Below, piece by piece: positions 9,371 through 18,172 of a DNA stretch of 64,000 nucleotides. The DNA comes from Nanobdellota archaeon (GTDB lineage Archaea; Nanobdellota; Nanobdellia; Parvarchaeales; Parvarchaeaceae): the NCBI GenBank assembly GCA_021818905.1, contig JAKASS010000001.1, positions 15,648-79,647 of the forward strand, in the 5' to 3' direction. Each line of letters opens with the position of its first letter. Within the stretch, counting starts at the first letter, position 1. The notes below the pieces were generated by a model. The model searched no databases. It saw nothing but the letters and a program-made list of their open reading frames with translations, and was not told the DNA's origin. The position numbers and the translations under genes were made by a program.

Positions 9371-10522
9371 ATGCGTAGAGAAGTGATTATGAAAGTTCTT
9401 TTTCTTGGGTGGGAATTTCCACCACACTCTGTTGGAGGTCTGGGACGACATACTTATGAAGTAGTCAAAGAATTATCAAAAATAATGGATGTAAGTCTTA
9501 TACTTCCGTTCTCTGATTATCAGAATATACAAAAAGTAAAATTTAAGATAGCGCCTTTAAACGAGATGACTAGTATTTACAAAAATTTCAAGGCTGGCGG
9601 GTTCAGCGAACTATACGAAGATATTCAACACGAGATAGAATCTTACACAAAGAATGTTTTAAGAATAGTAAAAACTGAGAAGTTTGATATCATACAGGCA
9701 AACGATTGGATAACCGCACGAGCCGGAATAGCGGTTAAAAAAATGACTGGAAAGCCGCTTGTGATAACGATGCACAGTACCGAAAGTGACAGAACGATAG
9801 GACATCCTTGGCCGGCGATTGAACGCCAAGAAAAAAGTGCTGTTCAATCCGCAGATGCGATTGTGGCGGTCAGCGAAAGATTGAAAGGTGAATTAATAAA
9901 AAATTATGGCGTCAAGCCTGAGAAGATATCCGTTATATACAATGCGATAGATCGCGCAGAATTCAATTTACCAAGAACAAATGAAAGATCAAAAATCGTC
10001 CTATACACGGGAAGACTCTCGCCTCAGAAAGGCATAGACCATCTTATAAGGGCGTTTAAGACTGTAACGAAAAACGACAAGGACGCGCTTCTTTACATAG
10101 TAGGCGAAGGCCCAGAGCTAAAAAATCTCATAGAGCTCTCTATAGACCTTGGGCTCAGCGATAAAGTTATCTTTTTAGGAAGGGTATCGGATGAAGATAT
10201 AGATTATTTCTATTCTATAGCTAGAGTTTTTGTTATGCCCTCTGTTTCGGAACCTTTTGGCATAACGGCACTCGAAGCTATTGCCTCTGGAACGCCGGCG
10301 ATAGTTTCTATCCAATCCGGTGTTGCCGAACTCTTAAAGAACGTATTCAAGGTTGATTTTTGGGATTCTGACCAGATGGCAGATATGATACTCGGCTTGC
10401 TTACTTATAAAGGAATCAACGAAACTATGTCGGCTGAAGCCTATAAAGAACTGACAAATCTTACTTGGAAGGACACCGCTAACAAGTTTTTTAATCTTTA
10501 TAAAAAGCTCACAAAAAGTTAG
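9371..10522 (+). CDS. GT-B glycosyltransferase (GT4/GT5-like)
   Basis: MKVLFLGWEFPPHSVGGLG N-terminus (likely true start 9389). C-terminal EPFGITALEAIASGTPAI (E-x7-E type) block. Confidence 0.75.
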   Translation: MRREVIMKVLFLGWEFPPHSVGGLGRHTYEVVKELSKIMDVSLILPFSDYQNIQKVKFKIAPLNEMTSIYKNFKAGGFSELYEDIQHEIESYTKNVLRIVKTEKFDIIQANDWITARAGIAVKKMTGKPLVITMHSTESDRTIGHPWPAIERQEKSAVQSADAIVAVSERLKGELIKNYGVKPEKISVIYNAIDRAEFNLPRTNERSKIVLYTGRLSPQKGIDHLIRAFKTVTKNDKDALLYIVGEGPELKNLIELSIDLGLSDKVIFLGRVSDEDIDYFYSIARVFVMPSVSEPFGITALEAIASGTPAIVSIQSGVAELLKNVFKVDFWDSDQMADMILGLLTYKGINETMSAEAYKELTNLTWKDTANKFFNLYKKLTKS

Positions 10523-10578
10523 TTGAGCTTAATCTTGTCAATTAAAAGGTTAAATTGAATAAATAATTAGGTTTTTAC

Positions 10579-11841
10579 ATGGTAGTTGATTTGCCCTCGC
10601 TAATCTATTTGATGCTTGCCGTAGCCCTTGGCTCAATAGTAGGACTCGAAAACGAATATAGGATGCAGAGCGGTACCAAGATATATCTCGGATTGAGAAC
10701 CTGCATATTCATATCGCTTTTAGGCTACATCTTTGCACTTTTATACATAATAAGCGGAAGTTCCCCCGCGCTCCTAATAGCCGGCGCAGCTGTTATAACC
10801 ATAATTGCGACATCGATCTATTTAGCAAAAAGCAATCTGATAAGAAATCCCGGGGCCACCACTTTTATAGCGACTTTTATGGTATTCACGTCCGGGTTGC
10901 TGGTAGGTTTAGGCTACTATGAATATGCTATAGTACTTAGCGTTCTTGCAGCCGCGATAAGCTTCTATAAAAGAGAATTTCTAGAAGTTATTCTAAAAAT
11001 AAAAAGAAACGAACTCTTAGCTATTATAAACATATTGCTTGTAGCATTCGTTATACTTCCGCTTCTGCCGGACACATATATGGGACCTTACTCATTTTTT
11101 AATCCATTTGAATTTTGGCTTATAGTAGCGACGATGGGTACGGTATTCTTCCTTCAGTACATATTTTTAAGAGTTTCGAAATATGGTCTTCTACTTTCTT
11201 CCGTTATCGGAAGCGTTATAACCGGTACGGCAGTCGCTTTCAGTCTTGTAAAACTAGCTAATAAAATAAAAAATGGGACGAAAACTTTATTTTATAATAT
11301 AATGTTCTCTGCGAACACGCCGATGATATTAATACAGGCCTGTCTTTTTCTCTACCTAACTACTTTATCCAGTGCCATACTTTATTACGCTCTTCCGGCG
11401 ATAGCAATTTCATTGGCTGCGATGACGATTCTCTTCTACGCTGGAAGAAAAAATCTCAATGGTTTCGTAAAAACCAAGACCAGTCCATTCCCTCTAGTCT
11501 CAATATTGGAATTTGCAGCAATATTCTTTGTTATATTCACTGTATCTAGGATTGTCACTATCGTTGCTCCACAGTATTTGGCTTTGACCTTTTTTGCGTC
11601 TGCGCTTGCAAACGTCGCTGGTTCCGCCTTCTCACTTGGATTCGCTTTCATACACGGCACAATAAGCGCGCAATATGCTGGATTTTTACTTGGATTGATA
11701 ATAAGCGCAGGTTTATTGAGCAAAACGTTTGTTGGTCTAATCTCTCCTAGTAAAGACCTTAAAACCAGACTAATAACTTACTCATTGCTTATAGGAATAG
11801 CGACTTTCCTTGCAGCGGCAATACCTTACTATGGGATTTAA
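10579..11841 (+). CDS. MgtC/SapB-family membrane protein with DUF4010-like C-terminal extension
   Basis: About 11 hydrophobic segments. N-terminal GLENEYRMQSGTK..GLRT block is typical of MgtC. Confidence 0.6.
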   Translation: MVVDLPSLIYLMLAVALGSIVGLENEYRMQSGTKIYLGLRTCIFISLLGYIFALLYIISGSSPALLIAGAAVITIIATSIYLAKSNLIRNPGATTFIATFMVFTSGLLVGLGYYEYAIVLSVLAAAISFYKREFLEVILKIKRNELLAIINILLVAFVILPLLPDTYMGPYSFFNPFEFWLIVATMGTVFFLQYIFLRVSKYGLLLSSVIGSVITGTAVAFSLVKLANKIKNGTKTLFYNIMFSANTPMILIQACLFLYLTTLSSAILYYALPAIAISLAAMTILFYAGRKNLNGFVKTKTSPFPLVSILEFAAIFFVIFTVSRIVTIVAPQYLALTFFASALANVAGSAFSLGFAFIHGTISAQYAGFLLGLIISAGLLSKTFVGLISPSKDLKTRLITYSLLIGIATFLAAAIPYYGI

Positions 11842-13291
11842 ATTCGATTTTGACCCAGACCGTCTTTCAAAATTGAAATCCTTAAGACAAAATGGTTATG
11901 ATCCTTACGGCGGAAAATACGAAGTGACTCAAAGCACACTAAACATACGCGGTAATTTTGAAAAATTAGAAGGTTCAGAGGTCAAAGTAGCAGGCAGGAT
12001 AATGACTAAACGCGACCATGGTAAATTAAAATTCCTAGACTTGGCAGATGAAGTCGGCGACATACAGATATACGTAAACGAAAAAGACCTTAAAAAAAAA
12101 TCCGTAGGGCTGATGCAGTACCTTGATGCCGGCGATATAATCGGCGTAGCTGGGAAGGTGGTAAAGACAAAGACCGGTGAGATTTCGGTACAGGCTAAAG
12201 AGATCATGATGCTTTCAAAATCGCTTTTACCCCTGCCTTCGAGATGGTACGGCCTTGAGGACACGGAAAAACGCTATAGGAAAAGGTATCTGGATTTTAT
12301 AATGAATAAAGATTCTAGGGAGAAAATAAGGAAAGGGAGTTTAATGGTATCCGCGATAAGAGACGTCCTCGAAAAGAAGGATTTCTTGGAAGTCACAGTA
12401 CCGCTATTACACCCTATACCCGGCGGAACGAACGCAAAACCATTCGTTACACATTACAATGCGCTTGATAGGGACCTGTTCTTAAAAATAGCTTCAGAGC
12501 TTTACCTTAAAAGACTGATCGTCGGCGGTTTCGAAAAAGTATTTGACATAAGCAAAAATCTTAGAAACGAGGGTGTCGATACGCGGCATAGTCCCGAATT
12601 TACTATGCTTGAACTCTACCAAGCTTATGGAGATTTGAGTGATATGCTTCTAATAACTGAAGAACTGATAAAAACTGCGATATACAAAGTCAATGGTACG
12701 TATGTTGTAGAATATGGTGGCAACAAGATAGACTTTTCCAAATTCGCGATAAAGACAATGGAGGACTGCGTAAAAGAAGAGCTAAAAGAAGTTGACCTAA
12801 AAACTCTTATGGAAAGGGCTAAAAAAATCGACGGCAAAACGGCAAGTTACGGTGAAGCCATAAACATCCTATTCGAAGAGCACGTTCAAAGAAAACTTAT
12901 ACAGCCCACGTTTATAACTCGTCATCCAATCGAGGTGTCTCCCCTTGCAAAAACCATGGAAGATGATACTGGGTTCGTGTATAGATTCGAACTATACATC
13001 GGCGGAATGGAAATAGCAAATGCGTTTAGCGAACTCAATGACCCAATCGAACAGATAAACAGATTCAACGAAGAAGCAAAAAGAAAAGAGCGCGGGATAG
13101 ACGAAACCCAAGAATTCGACAGAGATTTCGTTGAAGCACTCGGCTATGGAATGCCGCCTACCGGGGGGGTAGGCATAGGAATCGACCGGCTTCAAATGCT
13201 AGGTACAAACGCAAAATCCATAAAGGAAGTCATTCCGTTCCCTCAGCTAAGAAATATGGGGGAAGAAAACGAAGATGACACCGATAAATGA
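11810..13291 (+). CDS. lysS: lysyl-tRNA synthetase, class II
   Basis: OB-fold N-domain (VKVAGRIMTKRDHGKLKFLDL), motif 2 YRFELYIGGMEIANAFSELNDP, motif 3 GMPPTGGVGIGIDRL. ATG at 11831 is an alternative start. Confidence 0.85.
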   Translation: MQRQYLTMGFKFDFDPDRLSKLKSLRQNGYDPYGGKYEVTQSTLNIRGNFEKLEGSEVKVAGRIMTKRDHGKLKFLDLADEVGDIQIYVNEKDLKKKSVGLMQYLDAGDIIGVAGKVVKTKTGEISVQAKEIMMLSKSLLPLPSRWYGLEDTEKRYRKRYLDFIMNKDSREKIRKGSLMVSAIRDVLEKKDFLEVTVPLLHPIPGGTNAKPFVTHYNALDRDLFLKIASELYLKRLIVGGFEKVFDISKNLRNEGVDTRHSPEFTMLELYQAYGDLSDMLLITEELIKTAIYKVNGTYVVEYGGNKIDFSKFAIKTMEDCVKEELKEVDLKTLMERAKKIDGKTASYGEAINILFEEHVQRKLIQPTFITRHPIEVSPLAKTMEDDTGFVYRFELYIGGMEIANAFSELNDPIEQINRFNEEAKRKERGIDETQEFDRDFVEALGYGMPPTGGVGIGIDRLQMLGTNAKSIKEVIPFPQLRNMGEENEDDTDK

Positions 13292-13391
13292 AAACTTCTA
13301 GCGCCACACTAAATGTCACGAATAATTAAATATAAAATAAAAATTAAAATCTAACTTGTTTATTTGCTTCTTTAGAACCTAGTTCTACGTT

Positions 13392-13532
13392 TTATTGCAT
13401 TCCTTTTTTCTTCATGTAGCAATCTCTGCAAAAAACTGGTCTGCCTTCTTGTGGTTGGAACGGAACTTCCGTTTCTTTACCGCATTCAGAGCAGGTAGCT
13501 TTGTACATTTTTCGCTCAAATCTTCCTGGCAT
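13392..13532 (-). CDS. 46-aa CxxC-x17-CxxC zinc-ribbon protein (below ORF-track cutoff)
   Basis: Hand translation: MPGRFERKMYKATCSECGKETEVPFQPQEGRPVFCRDCYMKKKGMQ*. The +strand ORF 13395..13577 is its antisense shadow. Confidence 0.6.
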   Translation of the reverse strand: MPGRFERKMYKATCSECGKETEVPFQPQEGRPVFCRDCYMKKKGMQ

Positions 13533-13667
13533 CTTTACCTCTTTTATAGAAAAACTATTAAGTTCTTAAAAACTTAAGCTATTTTCTATTTAATTATATT
13601 AAGGAGCAATCGTTTATAAAGGTTATTTTCACGCTTTTTATCTATTGCCTTTCATCCTGACCAGAAT

Positions 13668-14155
13668 TTAGAGTTTTACAATCCGATCATTTTTCTTTAT
13701 TGCGCCTTGCTGTATGACAGAAGCGTACCATCCTCTTCTGCTGCGAGTTGTTTTTAGGAAGCTCGTAGGAAAACAAAATGGCCACAATGGCAAAGACCAC
13801 AAATTTACGCGGGGTGCGCACGGTTTCGTTATATTGCGTCGCCAATTGCGTACCTTTGACCCGGCTCGATGGAATCATAATTTATTCCTACGCCGGTTAT
13901 GTTTTCGCCGAAGTCAGCTGGCTTTATGGGCCAACCCGCTTTATTTAGTCTTTTTATCATTTCGACAGGCCATATAAGTATGACTTGATCGAGTGCGTCC
14001 TTTTGCTTTTCGTGTCTATAAACATTGAAATCGCCTTTTAGCCCCAAGAAAGTTATTTCGGCCTTATCCACCTCATATTTTGATAGACCCCGCTCACCTG
14101 GAATTTCGCCCTTTTGGTTTATTTGATATACTTTTCCGCCAGTTTTTCCAATCAT
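13668..14155 (-). pseudogene. MOSC-domain protein interrupted by a frameshift
   Basis: N-part MIGKTGGKVYQINQ...RYAIGDAI stops at 13829..13831. A frame offset by 1 nt continues ITKPCAPRVNL...RRGWYASVIQQGAIKKNDRIVKL*, matching the MOSC C-terminal pattern. Confidence 0.6.
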
Positions 14156-14529
14156 AGAAAATCTCCATCGTCGTCTGGGCCAAAACAAAAATTAGCCCAT
14201 ATATTTTCTGCAAGGATCAGCGAATTCAATTCGGATTTTACCTTTTCGATGTAAGTTTGAGCCCTTTCCCTAAATAAATATGATTTAACGAGCACAGTGC
14301 TTGTATAGTTTTTGTATGGATCTTGAGGGCATCTGTTTATTTTAAGCACGGGAAGTACACCATTTCTTATAGACACTGTTCTTTCCAAAGGAAGTGCTTT
14401 ATCGTCAAATAGTGTGTAATTATCTTTAACTTTCGCTTTCAGCCCCAGCTCTCCTGCGACTGAAACTAGGATTGCTTCCAGCTCAGAATTTTTAACTGGT
14501 GTTTTGAGATTAAAACTAAACGATGGCAT
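14152..14529 (-). CDS. hypothetical protein
   Basis: 125-aa ORF. Its stop overlaps the MOSC start in an ATGA junction. No recognisable motif. Confidence 0.5.
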   Translation of the reverse strand: MPSFSFNLKTPVKNSELEAILVSVAGELGLKAKVKDNYTLFDDKALPLERTVSIRNGVLPVLKINRCPQDPYKNYTSTVLVKSYLFRERAQTYIEKVKSELNSLILAENIWANFCFGPDDDGDFL

Positions 14530-14584
14530 AAGATTAGTTTTCCCTCACGTTTAAATAATTTTTAATAACGGGACAATCCTCTTA

Positions 14585-15550
14585 GGCTCTGTAGAAATCC
14601 TCTAAAGTAAGCACCTCTTTAATTATTATAGTAAATAAACAAAAAAGAGGTGCTTATGAATAAAAATGGGAGTCCTTACTATAAAAGATTTGCGTCCATC
14701 GTATTGGGCATAGCGAGAAGGGCGTTGTCGCCCTTCTCAAGCAGATTCTCGAAGAAGACGTACACGCAGCCGCAGCTTGCCGCGTGCATCTGCCTGATGA
14801 AACACGAGAGAAAGCCTTATCGGGACGTCGTAGACGAGCTGGAAGAGCTCAAGGGGTTGTTTGACTTCGATAAAGTCCCTCATTATACGACACTGCAGAA
14901 ATTCTTCAAACGGATACCGCTGCGAGTATGGGATGCGATGCTGTCCTTCGCGTTTAGACTGTTCGGGATAAGAAGAATGGACGCCGCCATAGACTCCACT
15001 GGATACGAAGAGCGAAACGCTTCCTATCACTACCTGTGGAGAATAGGAGAAGAACTGCGTAGAAAGGTGTTTACCAAGCATTCCATCGTCGTAGACCCGA
15101 AGACGGAAGCGATAGCCGTTTCCTCCTCTAACCGAAGGTATGAAAGCGACAATAAGACCTTCAGACCGCTCATGAAGAAAGCCGCCGAGATAGTAAAGAT
15201 CGATAAGATACTGGCTGATAAAGGATACGATTCGGAGAGAAACCACAGGTTTTCGAGGGAGAGACTTCACGCAGAATCGATCATTCCTGCAAGGAATGAA
15301 GGCGTTCCGATATGGAAGACCAGGGGGAGATGGAGGAAGCTGATGAAAGCATCTTTTCCACTCGACGAGTACCATAAACGAAGCATCGTGGAGACTGTCA
15401 ACTCCGTGGAGAAGAGGAAGTTCGGCTCCACCCTAGGCAGCAAACTGCATTTGAACAAGCTGAAGGAGGTGAAGGTGATCGATGTGGTCTACGACGTCCG
15501 GCGATTCATACAGCTTGCTTATATTATTATCATAGGATTTCTACAGAGCC
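14585..15550 (+). mobile_element. 966-bp IS4/IS5-superfamily insertion sequence, intact ends
   Basis: Perfect 17-bp terminal inverted repeats GGCTCTGTAGAAATCCT (14585..14601 / 15534..15550). Flanked by the 9-bp direct repeat ATCCTCTTA (14576..14584 and 15551..15559). Confidence 0.9.
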
Positions 15551-15573
15551 ATCCTCTTATAAAACTTTATTAG
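14650..15573 (+). CDS. DDE transposase (IS4/IS5 superfamily)
   Basis: DSTG, ADKGYDSE and a Y-x2-R-x3-E-x6-K signature (YHKRSIVETVNSVEK). The ORF reads through the right TIR and stops in flanking DNA. Confidence 0.85.
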   Translation: MLMNKNGSPYYKRFASIVLGIARRALSPFSSRFSKKTYTQPQLAACICLMKHERKPYRDVVDELEELKGLFDFDKVPHYTTLQKFFKRIPLRVWDAMLSFAFRLFGIRRMDAAIDSTGYEERNASYHYLWRIGEELRRKVFTKHSIVVDPKTEAIAVSSSNRRYESDNKTFRPLMKKAAEIVKIDKILADKGYDSERNHRFSRERLHAESIIPARNEGVPIWKTRGRWRKLMKASFPLDEYHKRSIVETVNSVEKRKFGSTLGSKLHLNKLKEVKVIDVVYDVRRFIQLAYIIIIGFLQSHPLIKLY

Positions 15574-15579
15574 TTCTGG

Positions 15580-16401
15580 ATGCTTATACTTAAAATGAGT
15601 TGGAAATATCTTTCTGATTTAGAATTAGATTTGATACAAAAAGAGCATTCTAAGGGAGTTAGCGGTAAGAAAATTGGGGAAATTTTAAACAGAGATGCAT
15701 TGGTTATTAACAGATGTATAAAAAGAGGAGTAAGTCCAGGAAAGAGAAATACTATAGAAATAGATTTTAAACCAGAATTTAAAGAATTGCTGGAGGAATT
15801 TATTGGCGCTTTTGCGGGGGATGGGAATTTCTATCTTAAACCGAATGGAGGTTATAGAACTAGTTTATTTTTAAACGAGAAAGAAAGTGCATATGCAAAT
15901 TATCTTAAAAATGTTGTAAAAAACGTTTTTGGATTTTATCCAAGAATTTGGCATTATAAACGGGGTCATATGATATATTTAGTTATACAAAGAAAAAGGG
16001 TTTATCAAATTATTAGGTTGCTATTAAACTGGTCAATTAAAAATAAAACTTACACGATTGGACTAGTAAACGATTTGCAGAATTACGATAGCGCATTTTT
16101 GAAGGGTTTTATAAGGGGACTAATATCAACGGATGGAAGCGTGAGTTATAAAGGGAATAAAAAATTACGAGTAAAGGTAGAGTTTTCGAGCACGTCTAAA
16201 AGACTAATAAATCAATACGTATCCGCATTAAAACTCTTTGGAATACCCTCTAATATGTATTACAAAAATAATAATAGCCATAGTATTTGGTCTGTAGAGT
16301 TCTCGCGAAAGACGTCAGTTGAAAACTTTTATAATAACATCGGTCTTAACGAGAGTCTTCGCTCAGCTAAACTGAAAACAGTTGTTTTGTATAATAAATA
16401 A
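15580..16401 (+). CDS. free-standing double-motif LAGLIDADG homing-endonuclease-like protein with N-terminal HTH
   Basis: Two LAGLIDADG-type motifs (FIGAFAGDGNF and FLKGFIRGLISTDGSV). N-terminal ISGKKIGEILNRDALVINRCIKRG resembles an HTH. Confidence 0.75.
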   Translation: MLILKMSWKYLSDLELDLIQKEHSKGVSGKKIGEILNRDALVINRCIKRGVSPGKRNTIEIDFKPEFKELLEEFIGAFAGDGNFYLKPNGGYRTSLFLNEKESAYANYLKNVVKNVFGFYPRIWHYKRGHMIYLVIQRKRVYQIIRLLLNWSIKNKTYTIGLVNDLQNYDSAFLKGFIRGLISTDGSVSYKGNKKLRVKVEFSSTSKRLINQYVSALKLFGIPSNMYYKNNNSHSIWSVEFSRKTSVENFYNNIGLNESLRSAKLKTVVLYNK

Positions 16402-16497
16402 TGGCCCGGAAGGGGATCGAACCCTCGACCTCCGCTTGTCTTAGTTATTAGAGCAGGCTCATATAAGAGCGGCGCTCCGCCATTAAGCTACCGGGCC
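16402..16497 (-). tRNA. tRNA-Ile(UAU) with a 24-nt intron at 37/38
   Basis: Reverse complement: GGCCCGG TA GCTT-AATGGCG-GAGC G CCGCT CUUAUA[24 nt]A AGCGG AGGTC GAGGG TTCGATC CCCTT CCGGGCC A. U33 and A37 present. Central helix CTTA/TAAG with ACA bulge. Confidence 0.7.
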
Positions 16498-16603
16498 ATA
16501 AAACCTCGCTTCCCGAGGTATTATTTATTCTGTCTTTTTTAATTTAAATAGATGTCACGTTTATTTTGAATAAGTTAAATAATGAATTGACCTAAGCTAT
16601 ATT

Positions 16604-17653
16604 ATGCTACTAAAAATAAATCCTCTAAAACCAGAGTCAAAGCTGATAAAAATCGCCGCGGATGCGATAAAAAGCGGTGAGCTTGTAGCTTTTCCTACGG
16701 AAACTGTTTATGGCTTAGGCGCGGATGCATTAAACGAAGCGGCCTGTAGCAAAATATTCGCTGCCAAAGGTCGCCCGCAGGACAACCCTTTGATCGTGCA
16801 CGTAGATTCGATAAAGATGGCTGAAAGCATCGGCGAAATACCAAAAGAATATAGGCAGATTTTAAATGAAATCTGGCCTTCCCCAATAACGGTTATAATA
16901 AAAAAGAGACCTATCCTTCCAGACTCAGCGACCGCCAGTCTAGATACCGTGGCGGTAAGGATTCCTGCGCACCCCATAGCGCTGGCATTAATAAAAGAAG
17001 CTAACACTCCTATAGCCGCACCGAGTGCCAACCTGTCTGGGAAGCCCTCACCAACAGAAGCAAAAACGATAATAGAAGAACTTGGTGAGAAGGTTGCTGT
17101 TATAATAGACGGCGGACCAACGTTTTTTGGGCTAGAATCAACGGTAATAGACCTAGATAGCTTCACCATATTAAGACCCGGCCCTTTTACTCCGGAAGAG
17201 ATAGCAAAGAAATTCGGTAAAAACCCGAAGGTCTACGTTGCTCCTAAAAATGTCCAAAAACCCATAAGTCCTGGTTTGAAATATCGACATTATGCACCGG
17301 ATAAATCCCTGTTCCTTTTTTCTGGCAAGCCCACCGAGCTCGCAAAAATATCCAACGGCCTTGATAAGAATTTCTGTATAATTGGGTCTAATGAGCTTTG
17401 TGATTCTATTTACAATAAACGTGCGCTAAAAATACGACTTGGGGCGCGGGACAATTCATATGAAATAGCCAAGAATCTTTTCTCGGCCATAAGGTCGGTT
17501 GATAAATACGAAATAGAATTTGGAATTTGTGAAACGTTTTCAGACAACGGAATTGGACTAGCGATAATGAATCGCCTAGGAAAAGCTTGCGGCGGAAATG
17601 CATTTTCAAACATCGACCAACTAAAAAAGTTAATAAAAATTAACCACATCTAA
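16604..17653 (+). CDS. sua5: L-threonylcarbamoyladenylate synthase Sua5 (YrdC plus Sua5 domains)
   Basis: FPTETVYGLGADA, KGRPQDNPLIVHV, SANLSGKPSPT blocks, plus a C-terminal Sua5-type extension. Confidence 0.85.
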   Translation: MLLKINPLKPESKLIKIAADAIKSGELVAFPTETVYGLGADALNEAACSKIFAAKGRPQDNPLIVHVDSIKMAESIGEIPKEYRQILNEIWPSPITVIIKKRPILPDSATASLDTVAVRIPAHPIALALIKEANTPIAAPSANLSGKPSPTEAKTIIEELGEKVAVIIDGGPTFFGLESTVIDLDSFTILRPGPFTPEEIAKKFGKNPKVYVAPKNVQKPISPGLKYRHYAPDKSLFLFSGKPTELAKISNGLDKNFCIIGSNELCDSIYNKRALKIRLGARDNSYEIAKNLFSAIRSVDKYEIEFGICETFSDNGIGLAIMNRLGKACGGNAFSNIDQLKKLIKINHI

Positions 17654-18171
17654 TAATATTTTAGTTTATGGTTCCTTACTTTTGCGCATGACGTGTAGAC
17701 GTGCTTTTTTGGTTTCTCTGATCCGATTATGTGTAAAACTGATAGGCCTAGTGCCTTTAGATAGTCGGAGACCATTATTCTATGACATCTCCAATACAAA
17801 CTTTCACCGCACATTATAGCGACTGTGTCCTTTTTAGTTAAAGTCAAAAGCTCTTTTATTCCATTTTTAAAATTGTCTGTCATCATATAGTCTGCGTATC
17901 CTCGAAATGAGGAATTCTTCCAGCATTTATTCGGCGACTTGACACCTAAACCGTATCTTCTCCCACCTAGCTCTTTTATCCAAATATATTTAATCCCGGA
18001 TTTTGGCAGCTCTTTTTCTAAGTTTTCTTTGTCGAATTGCGGATTGGCGTTTGAACCGGGCAGACTTCTTATATCGGCAAGAAGAGTTATTCCATCGCTA
18101 TTAAGAAGTTTTAAAAAAGACTTGAGCGGAAGATTGGAATGTCCTATAGTATATATTTTTGTAGTTACCAT
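17650..18171 (-). CDS. DUF488-family protein
   Basis: IYTIGHSN...LADIRSLPGS...IMCGESLYWRCHR pattern. Confidence 0.7.
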   Translation of the reverse strand: MVTTKIYTIGHSNLPLKSFLKLLNSDGITLLADIRSLPGSNANPQFDKENLEKELPKSGIKYIWIKELGGRRYGLGVKSPNKCWKNSSFRGYADYMMTDNFKNGIKELLTLTKKDTVAIMCGESLYWRCHRIMVSDYLKALGLSVLHIIGSEKPKKHVYTSCAKVRNHKLKYY

Positions 18172-18172
18172 T

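Noticed and set aside
13395-13577. 60-aa + strand ORF from the track
   Set aside because: The opposite strand encodes a clean CxxC...CxxC zinc-ribbon protein with an ATG start and compact ends. The + strand product looks random.
14737-15375. 212-aa minus-strand ORF inside the IS
   Set aside because: It is antisense to the transposase, which carries the DDE/YREK signature. There is no independent support.
15580-16603. Integrated virus or plasmid at tRNA-Ile
   Set aside because: There is no integrase, no duplicated tRNA 3' fragment (att-like repeat), and flanking genes are ordinary. Only the IS and the LAGLIDADG gene are mobile-type.
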